Made by a program: the position numbers and the translations under genes. Below the pieces are notes generated by a model. It searched no databases and was not told where the DNA came from. It was given only the letters and a program-made list of their open reading frames with translations. Of a stretch of 64,000 nucleotides of DNA, positions 39,476 to 52,533 are shown piece by piece. Numbering within the stretch: position 1 is the stretch's first letter; each line of letters opens with the position of its first letter. This DNA comes from Rhizophagus irregularis (taxonomy: Eukaryota), in contig NC_089432.1 of NCBI RefSeq assembly GCF_026210795.1, positions 1,240,001 through 1,304,000 of the forward strand, written 5' to 3'.

Positions 39476-40015
39476 TGTATTTATTTCACTGACAATCATC
39501 TCGCTGACAATTATCTCACCGACAGACGTTTCACCAACAGGGTCATTTTGAAGACAAATGTTTCGCCGACAAGGGAATTTAGGATTAAAGTTAGGGTTAG
39601 GTAAGAATTAAGGTTAGGATTAGGTTAGGATTATATTAGGGTAGGATTTCAAAACTGTCGGTGAAATGACTGTCGGTGAAATGATCCTGTCGGTTAGTGC
39701 TTCGATCCGAGTCCGGTTTATCCGGATTTTAGATTGTAAGTTTCGGATAATTTTAAGTATTTCGGGAACTAATGATCAGAACTTTATGATTCATAGCTTG
39801 TTTGAAAGCTCTTAATGCTACAATGTGATCATAGTACTGAAATTTAAAAAATAATCAGTTTTAACCCGAATTTTATTTTAATAACTATTTTCATCCGGAT
39901 AAAATAATTATTTTATCCGGATAACGGTTTTTATCTGGATCAAAGCACTACTGTCGGTGAATGATTGTCGGTGAAACATCTATCGGTGAGATAATTGTCG
40001 GCGAAATGAGCACCC
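39476..40015. mobile_element. Foldback element with ~15-bp subterminal repeats and a TTAGGG-like core
   Basis: (c/t)accgaca repeats on the left, tgtcggtgaaat repeats on the right; ttagggttagg..ttaggattaggttagg core at 39578-39648. Confidence 0.7.
39695..39950. mobile_element. hAT-like MITE nested in the foldback element
   Basis: TIR tagtgctt(c/t)gatcc; 8-bp TSD ctgtcggt at 39687-39694 and 39951-39958. Confidence 0.82.
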
Positions 40016-40018
40016 TTA

Positions 40019-40306
40019 CAGTAAAATTCGAAATATAATGGACACTTGAAAATTTTCATTGTCGGGATTGTCGGGTACTCGGGTTACTCGGCTAGTCGGG
40101 TTATTGGAAAAGAAAATAACACGGGTATACCTTAATTAAATTTAACATAATTACATTATATAGTATATACAATTATACTTTATTATACTTTATACTACGC
40201 CATCATATATCACGTGTTATATATCTTTTCTAATAACCCGACTAGCCGAGTAACCCGAGTACCGACAATAAAAATTTTCAAGTCCACTATATTTCGAATT
40301 TTGCTG
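40019..40306. mobile_element. TA-flanked MITE with long (~90 bp) TIRs
   Basis: cagtaaaattcgaaatata..actcgggttactcggctagtcgggttatt and its reverse complement at the right end. Confidence 0.82.
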
Positions 40307-40425
40307 TAAATGGGTAATTCGGTAAATTGTCCATTCAGGGTAAAAGGATTCGGGATAAAAGAATTGAGAAATCGGATGTCTTCAATAATTTTCTGGGTGT
40401 ATCCGTCGCGAATAAATCCGGATTA

Positions 40426-40633
40426 CAGCTGATTTCATAATGTACGGGACACTTGGCAAAATTTAAAGAAGTCGGAAATATTCGGTGAAGTTCAAAATAA
40501 GATAAAATTATACCACCATTCTCAGAATAATACTCTAAAATTAGCGTATAATTTTTATTTTATATCAAGCTTTACCGAATATTCCGAGTTCTTTAAAATT
40601 TGTTAAGTGTCACGTACATTATGAAATCAGCTG
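40426..40633. mobile_element. Tc1/mariner-like MITE
   Basis: TA|cagctgatttcataatgtacg ... cgtacattatgaaatcagctg|TA. Confidence 0.82.
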
Positions 40634-41845
40634 TAATCAGATAATCCGTCATCCCGTTATAATACGTTGGTATACAGTCAATACTGTTTAAAAAATCGCT
40701 GGCGGAATCACGTGATTCTTAATCCCGTTTTACTGGTAAATGTTTCGCCGACAGGATCCTCTCACCGACATTTACATTAATATCATAATAAATTAGATAA
40801 TAAGTTTTTGTTAAAAAAATAAAATAAAATAATTAATTAATTAATTATATTTTTAATGTCCTTAATGGTCTGGTACGAAATTCCGAATGCCAAAATCCCG
40901 AAATTAATTGCTTTTTACATATAAGATGATCAATAAAAAGTGATTTTCTATTAGATTTATACTAAAATGTAAGTAAATTTCCGAAAAAGCCACTTGTATA
41001 CCTGAAACAATCAGCCACATGTTTGAAAGCAAAAGCATAAATGGCATACAAAGAATGAATATTACTCATATTAGTATATTTATTATATGGTGTCGGAATT
41101 AATGTCGGAATTATGAATTTCGGGATTTAAAATCTAAATATGGGTGAATAATAATATAAATTACATTTAATATTATAACTATCTGAGAATGATATAAATT
41201 ATATTTACAATATAATCTATCTATTGTTATAAAAAAAATCCTAAAAAAGTATCTATTAACTTATTAACTATCTATTACTTATTAGAAACTAAAAAAAAAA
41301 TCTTACTAAAAACAATAATAAGTTAATTTATTACTTATTAGTATTAATGCTACCGGAGAATTAAAAAAAAAATTAAACTATTTAATTATATAGACTCAGT
41401 TAAATATTATGACTGACTTGATGAAATTAAATGTTTGTCGGGAGAAATATCTTGTCGGCGGCAAAACGTTTGTCAGTAAAAAGTGATTGTCGGTAAAAGT
41501 AATGTGAAACGAACCAATCTCATCCATATCCGTTTCATGCATAAAAAATTGACCGAATATCAATTACCGTTACTAGTGATCGGCAATATATGAAAATTTG
41601 CAGATATATCCTTTATTGTATAATAAATAAGTTACCAAAAGTACGTTAGTAACAGAAATTCAAATCAAAAATAAGCTAGCTAATTTTAATTAATTGAAAA
41701 GCAGTTTCATAATAAATATTCTATCAAATTTAATGCTCTTTTTTTTTTATATTACTTGTGAAATCATAAAGTATATTCGATTACGATCTACGAATTAATT
41801 AAATTAAAGTTAAAATTTTAAAAAATAGAAAATCTCATTAATGCA

Positions 41846-42098
41846 TATAACACGAAACTTTATTGAGAAATTATATATTGCGTATCAAGACAAAGATATT
41901 CTTCATAGTTAGTACATATGAAACTCATTAAATACAAGTGGGAATAAAATTTTTCTAAAGACTTTCCTCGACCAATATAACACGAAACTTTATTGAGAAA
42001 TTACATAATTGCCAAGATATTCTTCATAGTTAGTTTCACATGAAACTCATTAAATATTGGTGGGAATAAAATTTTTCCAAAGACTTTTTTCGACCAAT
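41846..42098. repeat. Tandem duplication of about 130 bp
   Basis: atataacacgaaactttattgagaaatta..caagatattcttcatagttag..tgggaataaaattttt..cgaccaata occurs twice. Confidence 0.8.
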
Positions 42099-42664
42099 AA
42101 ATAACATGATATAACAGCGATGTCTTTCAGCGAATTATAAATGAGAATATAAAAACATTGTGAAAAAAAAAGTATATATTTTAAAATTTTAAGTTTATTC
42201 TAAGTCTATTTTAGTTGTATTACTGTATGTAATTTATTACATAGATCTACGTAATAAACTATTTTTTACGCAGGCAAATCAATCGGGTCGCTTATTATTA
42301 AATAAGAATATAACTTAATTTCAGTAACTGCTTATTTACTATATCATTTAATACGACTTTCAATGCAGGTATTCTTTATTCTCAATAGGTTATCTTATTT
42401 GGTTTAGTGCCGCTTGTGCCATTACAAAAAATCATTGAGAGTTTAAAACTGAAATTGAAAAAAAATTAAAAAACTCGTAAAAACTATGATTAATAACAAA
42501 AAAATGCGGAAATATTTGCGAAATATAGTAAACTTTATAAGGAATTCACGATCAGGAAGACAAATAAGATATAATAGTGTATTTTTACATATCAGAAATG
42601 CTCATAATAATAAATTTCTAAATTCGTGTAAACGAATGTATTCGACTAACCAACGTGAAACGAC

Positions 42665-43315
42665 TCAACCTTTAAGTAAATAATCAATTGTTTGTTCTAA
42701 CATTTTGATATATTCTCGATCATTAAATGTAATAGGTGTTAAATTATTGTTATTTGAGGGGTTAAAATTCGAAGAATTTATTAAGGAAACGTCAGTTAAA
42801 CCGACACTAGGATAATTAATTTTATTATTATCAAGTTGAATTTCAGCATGTTCTTTATTTTCCTTATCTGTGCAAAATTCTATGTCGTTACTTTCTTGAT
42901 TATTTTCAGCACAACTATTCATATGTTTGTCTAAAATAATTTGAATATTAATCTGCTTATAAATTGATTTTGCATCCTTAACTAGCGACTCATAAAAATC
43001 TTTTACGTTCTTTGGTTCCATATTCCAAGAATTTTTGGCGATTTTAGAAACTTTACCCATAGGAGGTAATTTACAATTTTTAATACGATATTCTTTCATT
43101 AACGCCATTCTATATGCAATAAAAGCGTTTGGAAGAAATTTTGGTTTATTATTTGTGTTGGAGTTTTTAATTAATTCATTAATCGTTAAGGTCGAAGGGA
43201 AAGATGGCTTGATATAAATGAAAGCATTGTTGGAGTTAGGTCTACTAATATCAGTTTCGATATTGTTTGCAGTAACACGTTTGCTATTTTTTTGTCTTAA
43301 AGAAGTTTTGGACAT
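42665..43315 (-). CDS. MATA-type HMG-box protein
   Basis: ATG at 43315 (MSKTSL); LPNAFIAYRMALMKEYRIKNCKLPPMGKVSKIAKNSW; C-terminal DREYIKMLEQTIDYLL. Confidence 0.88.
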   Translation of the reverse strand: MSKTSLRQKNSKRVTANNIETDISRPNSNNAFIYIKPSFPSTLTINELIKNSNTNNKPKFLPNAFIAYRMALMKEYRIKNCKLPPMGKVSKIAKNSWNMEPKNVKDFYESLVKDAKSIYKQINIQIILDKHMNSCAENNQESNDIEFCTDKENKEHAEIQLDNNKINYPSVGLTDVSLINSSNFNPSNNNNLTPITFNDREYIKMLEQTIDYLLKG

Positions 43316-43873
43316 AACGTAATATAATAGAAAAATTCTTATGAAAATAAAAGTATAAAAAAAAAAGAAATCGAAGTCTTGAAACAACTAAAACGCGCTT
43401 TTACAAATTAGATCCGCCAATCATTATCTGTATGATCTGTATTTAAAAATTAAAAATCAGATATAGCATAATTTGTAATGTTACTCCAAATTTATTATTT
43501 CCAAAACGGATTTTCATTATAAACGTTAATAATGATCAGAAAAAAAAATTTTACGTCCCTCGATTTAATTGTACATAAATTATTTTACTTAAAGCCACGA
43601 TAATTAATTGGTTGGTCAAAATTATTGCAATCATACGTTGTTAATCTTAAAAACAAATAGAATGACATTTATAGTTTAATAGTAAAATTTTTATTGATGT
43701 CCTAATTTAGTAATTATTAATATATACATAGACTTAAATATTCATTATTACATACAGGACACAGCATTTATTGTTTTACGTGAAAGATATAGTATAAACC
43801 ATCATTTCATTTCTTTCTAAATGGATAATTGCGAAATGTTTACTATGTTTATGTAAAATAGTGCTTTTTATAT

Positions 43874-44103
43874 CCCTATAAAAAAAGTTGTCCAAACGCT
43901 GTTCGGTTTTTTGTTCGGAAAATTGACCCCGTTCTGAACATTACTTGACATTTATTGGACAATTATCATGATATTGTACGTTTTTTATGTGGTCGAAAAT
44001 TCTCAATCTCTGCATCTTGTAACAAATATTGTATAATAACGTGCGAGTGTTCGGAAAATCGATCCCATTCCGAATATTTATCAGACAAACATTTTTTATA
44101 GGG
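43874..44103. mobile_element. CCCTATA-terminal MITE with 3-bp TSD (CMC/CACTA-like)
   Basis: tat|ccctataaaaaa ... ttttttataggg|tat. Confidence 0.7.
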
Positions 44104-45832
44104 TATAATAAAACATTCGATGTTAGTTTTATGATTAATTTTCCTTAAAAATGGCTTTGCACTGGCAAAATGATCTGTCGGTGAAACTGACAAAATTATG
44201 TGATATTACGAAGTTCCAGCTAATCATCACTTTGCTGACTTTTAATTTCAGTTAATATTATGCCGAAATTTTTCGTGTCCGGAACGACTTTACAAAAAAG
44301 TATATTGTTTAGCGAAAGATTATTCTACATTATTATGTGGCAAGGAAAAACCCGCTTCGTTAATTAAATTTATATTAAATAATTATGGATGTACTAATTT
44401 ACCCCTTAGTTATATTAAAAATTTTCTTGGAAAATCCGATAAATGATCATTTTTCTAATTTATATTCCAAGAAAACTCCGATATGGGATCAATTTTTATA
44501 AAAAAATTTTTATAGGGTTAGATGAGGGTTAGGATTAGGTTTAGGGTATTAGGCTGACTTATTGTAGCATACGAACTTGTTTTTATTAGTATGAAAATTC
44601 CTATTTTTTTTCCCCATTTATATGTCACCGTCTAATAAGAACTGAGATTATGAGATCAATGTACGTAATGAAAATTGTGTAACATTGGCAACTTACCATT
44701 ATAGCATTTTTTTTATGAAAATCGAATGAAGAAGTCTATTATTAATTAATTGCCGATCCGCATGTGATGGATAGAAAAATTATCGCAAATTTGAAATCTG
44801 CGTTTCCCCCATCGATCAATTTTTAACCAAATCACTTGAAATTTTTATTGAAAGGACTTTGAGATTTATCAAAATGTTTAATGTGATTCTTATAAAACTC
44901 AAAATTTTAAAAATCCATCTATAAATTGAACAAGTCAAAATTACATGTGAAATCTCCGTTTCCCTCATAGATAAGTCGATCGAAAAAACCTTGAGATTAT
45001 ATCTTTTTTATTCAAGTATTTAATATTAATAATATAAAACTTGACATTTTACAAAAAATTCCTAAACATTGCCAATTAGTCAAAATTTGGCAATATTTTG
45101 AATAAATTTGCACCACTTTTTTTTTCGCCTTATAAAAGTACCGGCTAGAAGCGTCAAATTTTATATTTACATACTTTCACATATGTATTAATATATTCTT
45201 TAAAAAAAAAATTAATTGAAAAAATACGGATTTTTTTTTAATGACTTCAAAACCTGCAAAAACTACCTAATTTTAAGCAATTATTGATTTTTTTGCGATT
45301 TTTTAAAATTTTCAGTTTTAAGTTTAAATAACTCCGCGAAAATAAATTTTTATGCTTTAAAATGATCTGCGCTGCCCCTTAAATCACATGTGTACAAATT
45401 AAGTACTTATTTGTACATATCAAAATAGTTTAATAATGCAATTGCGATCGGCGTTCAATTACAAATAGCTATTACAAATATCACGTAATAAATTTGACGG
45501 AGACATGCCACGTTACACAATCCAAAATAATTAAATAGGACCAGTTACACGGAATTTTATGAGATTTGTACAGTATTACTAATGTAAAATTTACACAGGT
45601 CCCGATAAATTCCTGCAAATTCCATGAGAACCTCATCACTAAACAGAACCAAAATTTAAATTTGTATAGCCATTTATTAATTTTCGCCCAAGGTTCCCAT
45701 TGGATCCGACGTGGAATTAGCTCGGATTCCATATAATGACGGATGATTACAAATGATTACAAATGATTAATGATTACAAATCAAATGTTGATCGGAGGGG
45801 CGAAATTATTAATCATATAAAATGGTTATCAG

Positions 45833-46369
45833 TTATTCTATAAAAGGAAAATTTGCTATATTTAAATATTGATTCTCACGTCCACCACTAATATTACAAT
45901 TATGAAATAATTCCATATCTCCTAAATTTAAAGTTAAATCTCTGCTGGCATTATCGTATCCTTTGGTTATTAAATAAGTAAAAACTGATAAAGGTAAATC
46001 GCTTGCCCAGGAAGATGTACCAAATTCAAATGGTTCGACATTATGTTCCATTTTAAGTTCAATTAATTTTTGGTCAAGTGTTCCAAAATGATCTAATAAT
46101 TTTCTGATAAAACATTCCGATATGACAACTTTTCTTTCCGTTATTAAGACTTCACATACATCTACGTTGACAAAAGTAGGTCCTAATCCTACTGCATAGA
46201 ATAGTGCATGTATTTTACCATGTTGCGTTATCAACCATTCAGCTTTAGCACGAGAATTTCTGGCGACATTTGACCATTTTTGACAGGTTAAAATCAAATT
46301 CATAGGACGTTCAATGTATTTAAAAATATTTATCATAATCTCCTCTTCTAAAGATTGGAAAAAGTACAT
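45833..46369 (-). CDS. F-box-like protein, possibly C-terminally truncated
   Basis: N-terminal FQSLEEEIMINIFKYI..LILTCQKWSNVA resembles an F-box motif. Confidence 0.6.
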   Translation of the reverse strand: MYFFQSLEEEIMINIFKYIERPMNLILTCQKWSNVARNSRAKAEWLITQHGKIHALFYAVGLGPTFVNVDVCEVLITERKVVISECFIRKLLDHFGTLDQKLIELKMEHNVEPFEFGTSSWASDLPLSVFTYLITKGYDNASRDLTLNLGDMELFHNCNISGGRENQYLNIANFPFIE

Positions 46370-48390
46370 TTTTAATTTGGTACCAGATAAGATTTATGCG
46401 AAATGACGTAAGAAAAGTCGCGTGATACAGAAAACTTGAAAAAAAAATTTTCAACTCATCTTTTTGATTCTTTGCTGAAAAAGTGGCCTTTATATGTCTA
46501 TTTTTGTACCTCTTCATTTTATCAGATTAATCTCTCTTTTTTTTTTTGAATCACAAAAAATTTTTATGATGCAAAAACCTCCCCAAATTTTTTTGTACTT
46601 TCTAGTTTTTTCTTTTACCAAATTTGGAACTTGAGTGGGAAGTTTTTAATAAATTCGCGCGAAAGAAAAATCAGTTTTTTTTTTGTATCCAATAAAAATT
46701 TTGAAAGATCCGGTGGCTTGATGGGCTGAAATATAAAAAATGATGATCGATATAAAAAAGGCAGGTTACAATGGTTACATTAGGAGTAATAGATTAATTC
46801 TAAAATTCGAATTTAACTTAAAATTAAACATCACCCCCTGATCAACATTATGCTGTATAAAAAGTTATTGTATCAGCGTGACAAATAAAAGATAAAAGCA
46901 ATAGTTCATTTTTAAGTGTTTAGGCGTCGATTGTTTTAAAAAGTTAATTATTTGCCTTTTAATAACAAATAGATAGTAAAGAAGCTCCAAACAAAATTCT
47001 GCCTCTTCTTAAACGAAAAGAGTGTTGCATCCACCAATTTGTGAGATGCTTATTCATCTCGAATCATACCAATTTTATATTTACGATTCAAAAAATTTTA
47101 GATAAACAATTGGTCATTTGATTACTTGTGATAAACTGATAATGCATGAGTGACAAACACAAATGCTCGCTGATCATTTTTTATATAAACTTCCCTTTAT
47201 GTCAAATTATAATCAACTCTACATCGTAAGTGAGCACTTACCATATTAATTGAAAAACAAACAAATGTGTTTATAATTCTCCGAATACACGCAGATAATC
47301 AAAAACTATCATTAAACATTCTACTTTTGAGTTTTGAGTAATACAAGTTCATATTAATACATAAAAGCGTTTGTATACTTCTATTATATATACGAGCCCA
47401 CCTTTCGTAAAAAAAAGAAAGAAACTACCGATAGGGATACAATGTCGCTATGAATCCTATGATAGTACGAAAGTGTAAAGAATTAAAAATTTAAAGGAGG
47501 CGAAAATAAATTTTGAGAGTTATAAATGTACGTTGAGCATTTGAATTTCAAATACAATATAATCACATATTTTTTGAACGGTTATTATTAAACCTTTCAT
47601 AAGGTAAAAAGATACTTGCCTACATATATTTATAATTTATGTTGAGCTTGTAATCCTAAAAAAAATAAACATCGCACGTGATTTGCTTATTTGAGATTGT
47701 GGTCATATTACAAACTGAATAATTCTTGAAAATTGGAATGAATATAATACGTATAAAACGAAAGCGAGTAAAAAATTATTTACCAGCACATTCAAAATTA
47801 TGCTATATTAATATATATATTCATACGACTCACGGCGCAGAAAGTGATATAGTTCACATCCATTATAAATCGTAAAAATTGTAAACAAATTAATATATAC
47901 ACAGTTCTTACACTCTATTCAGTTTAAATATCAAAACAAATATTTAAGTGGGCGTGTGGGTCACCTTTTTTTATGATTTTTTTTTTTTTGAATAATTTGT
48001 CGAAGCAGTATGTTACTAGTCAATACGATATTATCATGTGACATGAATCTGTATTCCTTTCTACTTCCTTTCCCTTTCGCTGTCTCATGTCTCGAAGATA
48101 TTAAAAGTCTTTTTTTTTGCCTTTTTCATACGTCCTTGTATAGTTGTCATGTTTTTATTGAATTTGAGGTGCTTATTATTAGAAATATTAGAAATGACTA
48201 CTCATGATCGCCACACGCTGATTTGTGCATAAGTAGTTACTTTAAATGGTGAATGATAGGGGGACGACATTAACAAATATACATCCTGTACGACAAATAA
48301 AAAGGGTAATAAATATTCTAAAAAGAAACTTTCATTGAACTTTTCGTAAGGTTTAACGAAAAAAAAAAAAAAAAAAATTTACTTTATAAA

Positions 48391-50700
48391 ATGGAAAATA
48401 TTGAAACTAGCGGTTGGATTGAAGAAGCCATAACAAATAATCATATTAGATTTTATGAGTATGATAAATTTACTTGTATTGAAGAAATAGGTTCTGGAAG
48501 TTTTGGAAAAGTATTCAAGGCAAAATTTAAAAGTTCTGATAAATATTTTGCCTTGAAGTCTTTTTTTAATTTAAATAACATTACCATAAAGGAGATTGTT
48601 AACGAGGTAAGAAAAAAGTTTCTAGGTATCTTAAAAAAGTAACAAATTTCCTAATACTCAATTGCTCAATTCTTATAATTTTTATTTCGTAGCTTAAATT
48701 ACAACGCGAAGTTGATTTCCATGATAATATCATCAGATTTCATGGAATCACGAAGCCCGTTTCAGGTATGTATAATGATGATGTTTGTTATTAAATGATT
48801 TTTCAAGTTATTTAAAAATATTCATTTCCATTTTTTTCTAAAAAAAAAAAGAAGATAAAAAAATGAAAGATTACCATTTGGTATTGGAATATGCTAACCA
48901 AGGAACTCTTGAAAGTTACCTAGATAAAAATTTTGAAAATCTCACTTGGAATGATAAGTATAAAATGGCTCATCAGTTGGCTTGTGCTGTCTTATGTTTG
49001 CATGATGAAGGAATTGTACATAACGATTTGGTAATTTAATTTTTTATAAAGAAATTCTTTTTTTTAATTTTATTATAAAAAAAAAAATTTCTTATTTAAC
49101 TTAATCCGTTTGTTTTAATAGAACTCCTCTAATATATTGGTTCATCAACATGATATTAAATTGGCAGACTTCGGATTATCAAAAAGGCTTGATGAATCAT
49201 CTAGACTTCAATCTAAAGTATTTGGTGTAATTCCCTATACGGATCCAAAAAAATTTAGTAAACGAGGAACACACAAATCTAATGAAAAAAGTGACGTATA
49301 TAGTGTTGGAGTATTATTATGGGAAATATCAAGCGGTCGAAAACCCTTTTATATAGAAGATGAACCATATGATATTGATTTAGTTATGGAAATTAGTGGT
49401 GGTTTAAGAGAAACAATTGTTCCTAATACACCAACTGATTATGTTAAACTTTATGAAGGTAAATAATTTTTTAAAAAATTTTATTCATTTAACGTTATTC
49501 CATATTAACAATATCATTATTTTCTTAGAATGTTGGGACAGTGAACCGAGTAAACGGCCAAATATGGAAGAAGTAGTTAAAAGATTAAAAACGAATATTC
49601 AATCAGATGAACCACCACATAATAATAATCGTCGTAATAGTTTTAATTCTACCACTTCAGAAATTAGTCCATTACAAGAAGAATTAGCTCAATTGATGGA
49701 AAAGTTTAACAAAATGATTACAAAAGATTTAGATGTTTCGGAACTTGGTTCATTACATATGAAATTATCTTCGCTAATTGAAAAATTCAATGAAGCGGCT
49801 GCTTCAAATGATTCGTCACAATTTAGTTCGAATGCAATTAGAACACATTCAAGTAATGATTGTTTATTAAACACGATCGAAATTGGATCTACGAGATCTA
49901 CGAGATCTTCAGAAGAAGAATTTACCGAAAGGGATTTAAGTAAGAATGTTGAGGATATAACAAAACTTTATTTTAAAATATTAAATGAAGGGAAAAGTTT
50001 AAACATAAGAAAAAAATATGTGCTAGATTATCTTAATGATCATAACATTAGTAAGAAAGAGATTCATAATTGGTTATCAAATAATCAAAATAACTCCGAT
50101 AATAAATTTTTATTGGGATATTTTAATTATTTTGGAATTGTAAAAAATAAGAATTATGAATTAGCATTTTATTTATTCATGACTGCTTCAACGCAGGATC
50201 ACATATTATCGTTATATTATGTAGGAGCATGTAATCAACATGGACATGGAACTAAAAAAAATCCACAATTAGCTCTTGATTGTTATAAATTAATCGCTAG
50301 TAAAAATATTGCGATAGGACAGGCAAGACTTGGTTATTTTTATGAAAAAGGAATAGGTGTTGAAAAGGACGAAGCAATTGCTGTGGAGTGGTATACAAAG
50401 GGTGAAAGTAATGGAAGTTACTTAGCAGCTTATGATCTTTCCCAGTGTTATAGATATGGAAAAGGCGTTGATGAAGACACCAAGAAAGCTTTTAATTTAT
50501 GTAGAAAAGCGGCTAATTCAGGAGACGGCATGGCTATAGCTCAATATGATCTTGGAGAAATGTATGAAAAAGGGATTGGAACTAACAAAGACATAGATCA
50601 AGCAATTCTTTGGTATACACAATCTTCAGAGCAAGGATATCCCAATGCTAACGTTAAGTTGAAAAAACTTAATAGAAAACGAACATGTAAAATAAATTAA
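48391..50700 (+). CDS. Tyrosine-kinase-like kinase with C-terminal Sel1 repeats, 5 exons (48391-48606, 48693-48765, 48852-49030, 49122-49458, 49529-50700), 658 aa
   Basis: Spliced frame is open (1977 nt): GSGSFG, FALK, HNDLNSSN, DFG, SDVYSVG, CWD..P..RP, then SLR motifs. Confidence 0.9.
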
Positions 50701-51058
50701 AAATTATTGATATAGTATAATTTTATATTAGTTATTTATTTTAGTTATATAGTATCTTATTAATTATTATTTAAATGTCACAATTTGGTATTGTATTTAT
50801 GGATTTATGGTCAAAATTTCCGATTCTTACCTCGTTCATATTATATCTACTGATCTACATTAACGAGTTAACATCAAAAAATAAATACTATACGTGATTT
50901 CATCTACATTATAATATTTAGTTTTTATTATTTGATTTATAAAGATTTCATCTTCAGTCCGGCAAATTAAATATTGTACAGATTTACAGTACGTGTAAAT
51001 CATGTGTTTAAATTTTTATTATTAAGAAAATCAAAATTAGTTAGCTGCTGCGGTTTAT

Positions 51059-51338
51059 CACTATGGCGGATTTATGAAATACCCCAAAATTTGTCCGTCA
51101 TGTCAAATTAAATAAATATTTGACACCAAATTTCTATTTAAGTCCCAAATTTATTATTGAACAGCTCCAAAAATTTTTTTTGTACCCCAAATCTTGCGTC
51201 TAACCAATTAACCAATTTTTCCAGTGTTAAAGACGCGACATTTTTTAGGAAAAAAGCTTAAATTAGTAACACATGTTTAAGTATAATTCCCGAGGGCGCA
51301 GCAGGGTTTTCGACAAATTTCATAAATCCGCCGCAATG
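51059..51338. mobile_element. Transib-like MITE
   Basis: TIR cactatggcggatttatgaaat versus reverse complement cattgcggcggatttatgaaat; flanks tttat / ttcat form a near 5-bp TSD. Confidence 0.5.
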
Positions 51339-51955
51339 TTCATATAAATTAATAAACTTATTTAAAACAAAGTTAATAATCAATAATAAAATACTTAAAA
51401 ATGTTTCGTGTGTTGATTATACTTGAATTTTTTTTTTTGACCAGAATTTGGATTTTTATATTTCGAGACTTTCCAAATAAAATTTTATGGATTACTTTAA
51501 TTGGATACGAATACCCTCACAATAATTATAGTAATATCAAACAATGCATAGACAAGACGATAAACTCAATCCCAAGATCCTGTTCACACCATAATTAATG
51601 TTAAACCTATTTTTTATCTATGGGAAAAAGGGAAAAAAGAAATTACCGTTTAACAGGAATATTGCTGTGCTTGCACTAGGGGTGCAGACTTTTTCTTTTC
51701 TTTTTTTTTTAGCTACGTCAATCATTAAGTCAATGAAAGGTTGTAACTCGTGACGTAGCTCGATATTATATAAATTATTATAAAAATTTCTCTGTGAGCA
51801 TCTGCAATGACGTTATTGAAGTCGGTAAAGTTTGCATCTCTAGCTTGCACCATATAATTTAAACCTTTTAGCCATAATTATTTCCTGAAACAAGTATATA
51901 GTTTTTTTATAAAATGTCAATTTTCTTTTCATGAAAGAAATATAAGATTTATATA

Positions 51956-52025
51956 CAGTCGACCCGGGATTATAAAAATACTATATGGTGTGATTGACTG
52001 GGTGACTATAGAGGGGGGTCGACTG
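51956..52025. mobile_element. Tiny TA-flanked Tc1/mariner-like MITE
   Basis: TA|cagtcgaccc ... gggtcgactg|TA. Confidence 0.65.
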
Positions 52026-52069
52026 TATATCACAATTAGAGTATCGACATATCGTTTATTATAATCCTA

Positions 52070-52533
52070 ATATCGATGTAAATACTTCCAAATTATGTGG
52101 CAAAACTATATATTGATGGAAATGACCACTATTCTCAAACCATCTTTTACAGAGCCTATGGGTGAAGTTTCTAAATCGCAAAAACTCTTGGAATATAGAA
52201 CCTAAACACGTAAAGGATTTTTATGAATCGCTTGTTAAGAACGCAAAATTAACTTACAAGCAAAATAATATTCAAATCGTTTTGGATAAACATACAGTAT
52301 AAACTATGTGGAAAATCAAGAAGGTGGCTCAACTTATGACACAGTCGTAAATGAAAATCTCCAGATTCGGAACTCTTTTAATGCTGAGAACTTTGGTTTC
52401 CCCTGGTTACATCTTAAGTATTTCAGACACTTTGTCCTTCATGCTCTCGATGTTACCTGAATTCTACAGTCAATGATCGAGAGTACATTAAATTGTTGAA
52501 ACAAATAATTGATTATTTACTTAAAAATTATAG
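52070..52533 (+). pseudogene. HMG-box pseudogene (helix 1 deleted, frameshifts)
   Basis: cctatgggtgaagtttctaaa..tggaatatagaacctaaacacgtaaagg and gatcgagagtacatt..gaacaaataattgat match the paralog at 53861. Confidence 0.8.

Noticed and set aside
39578..39648. Real telomere or chromosome fusion site
   Set aside because: Short, degenerate, single orientation and internal to a TIR element.
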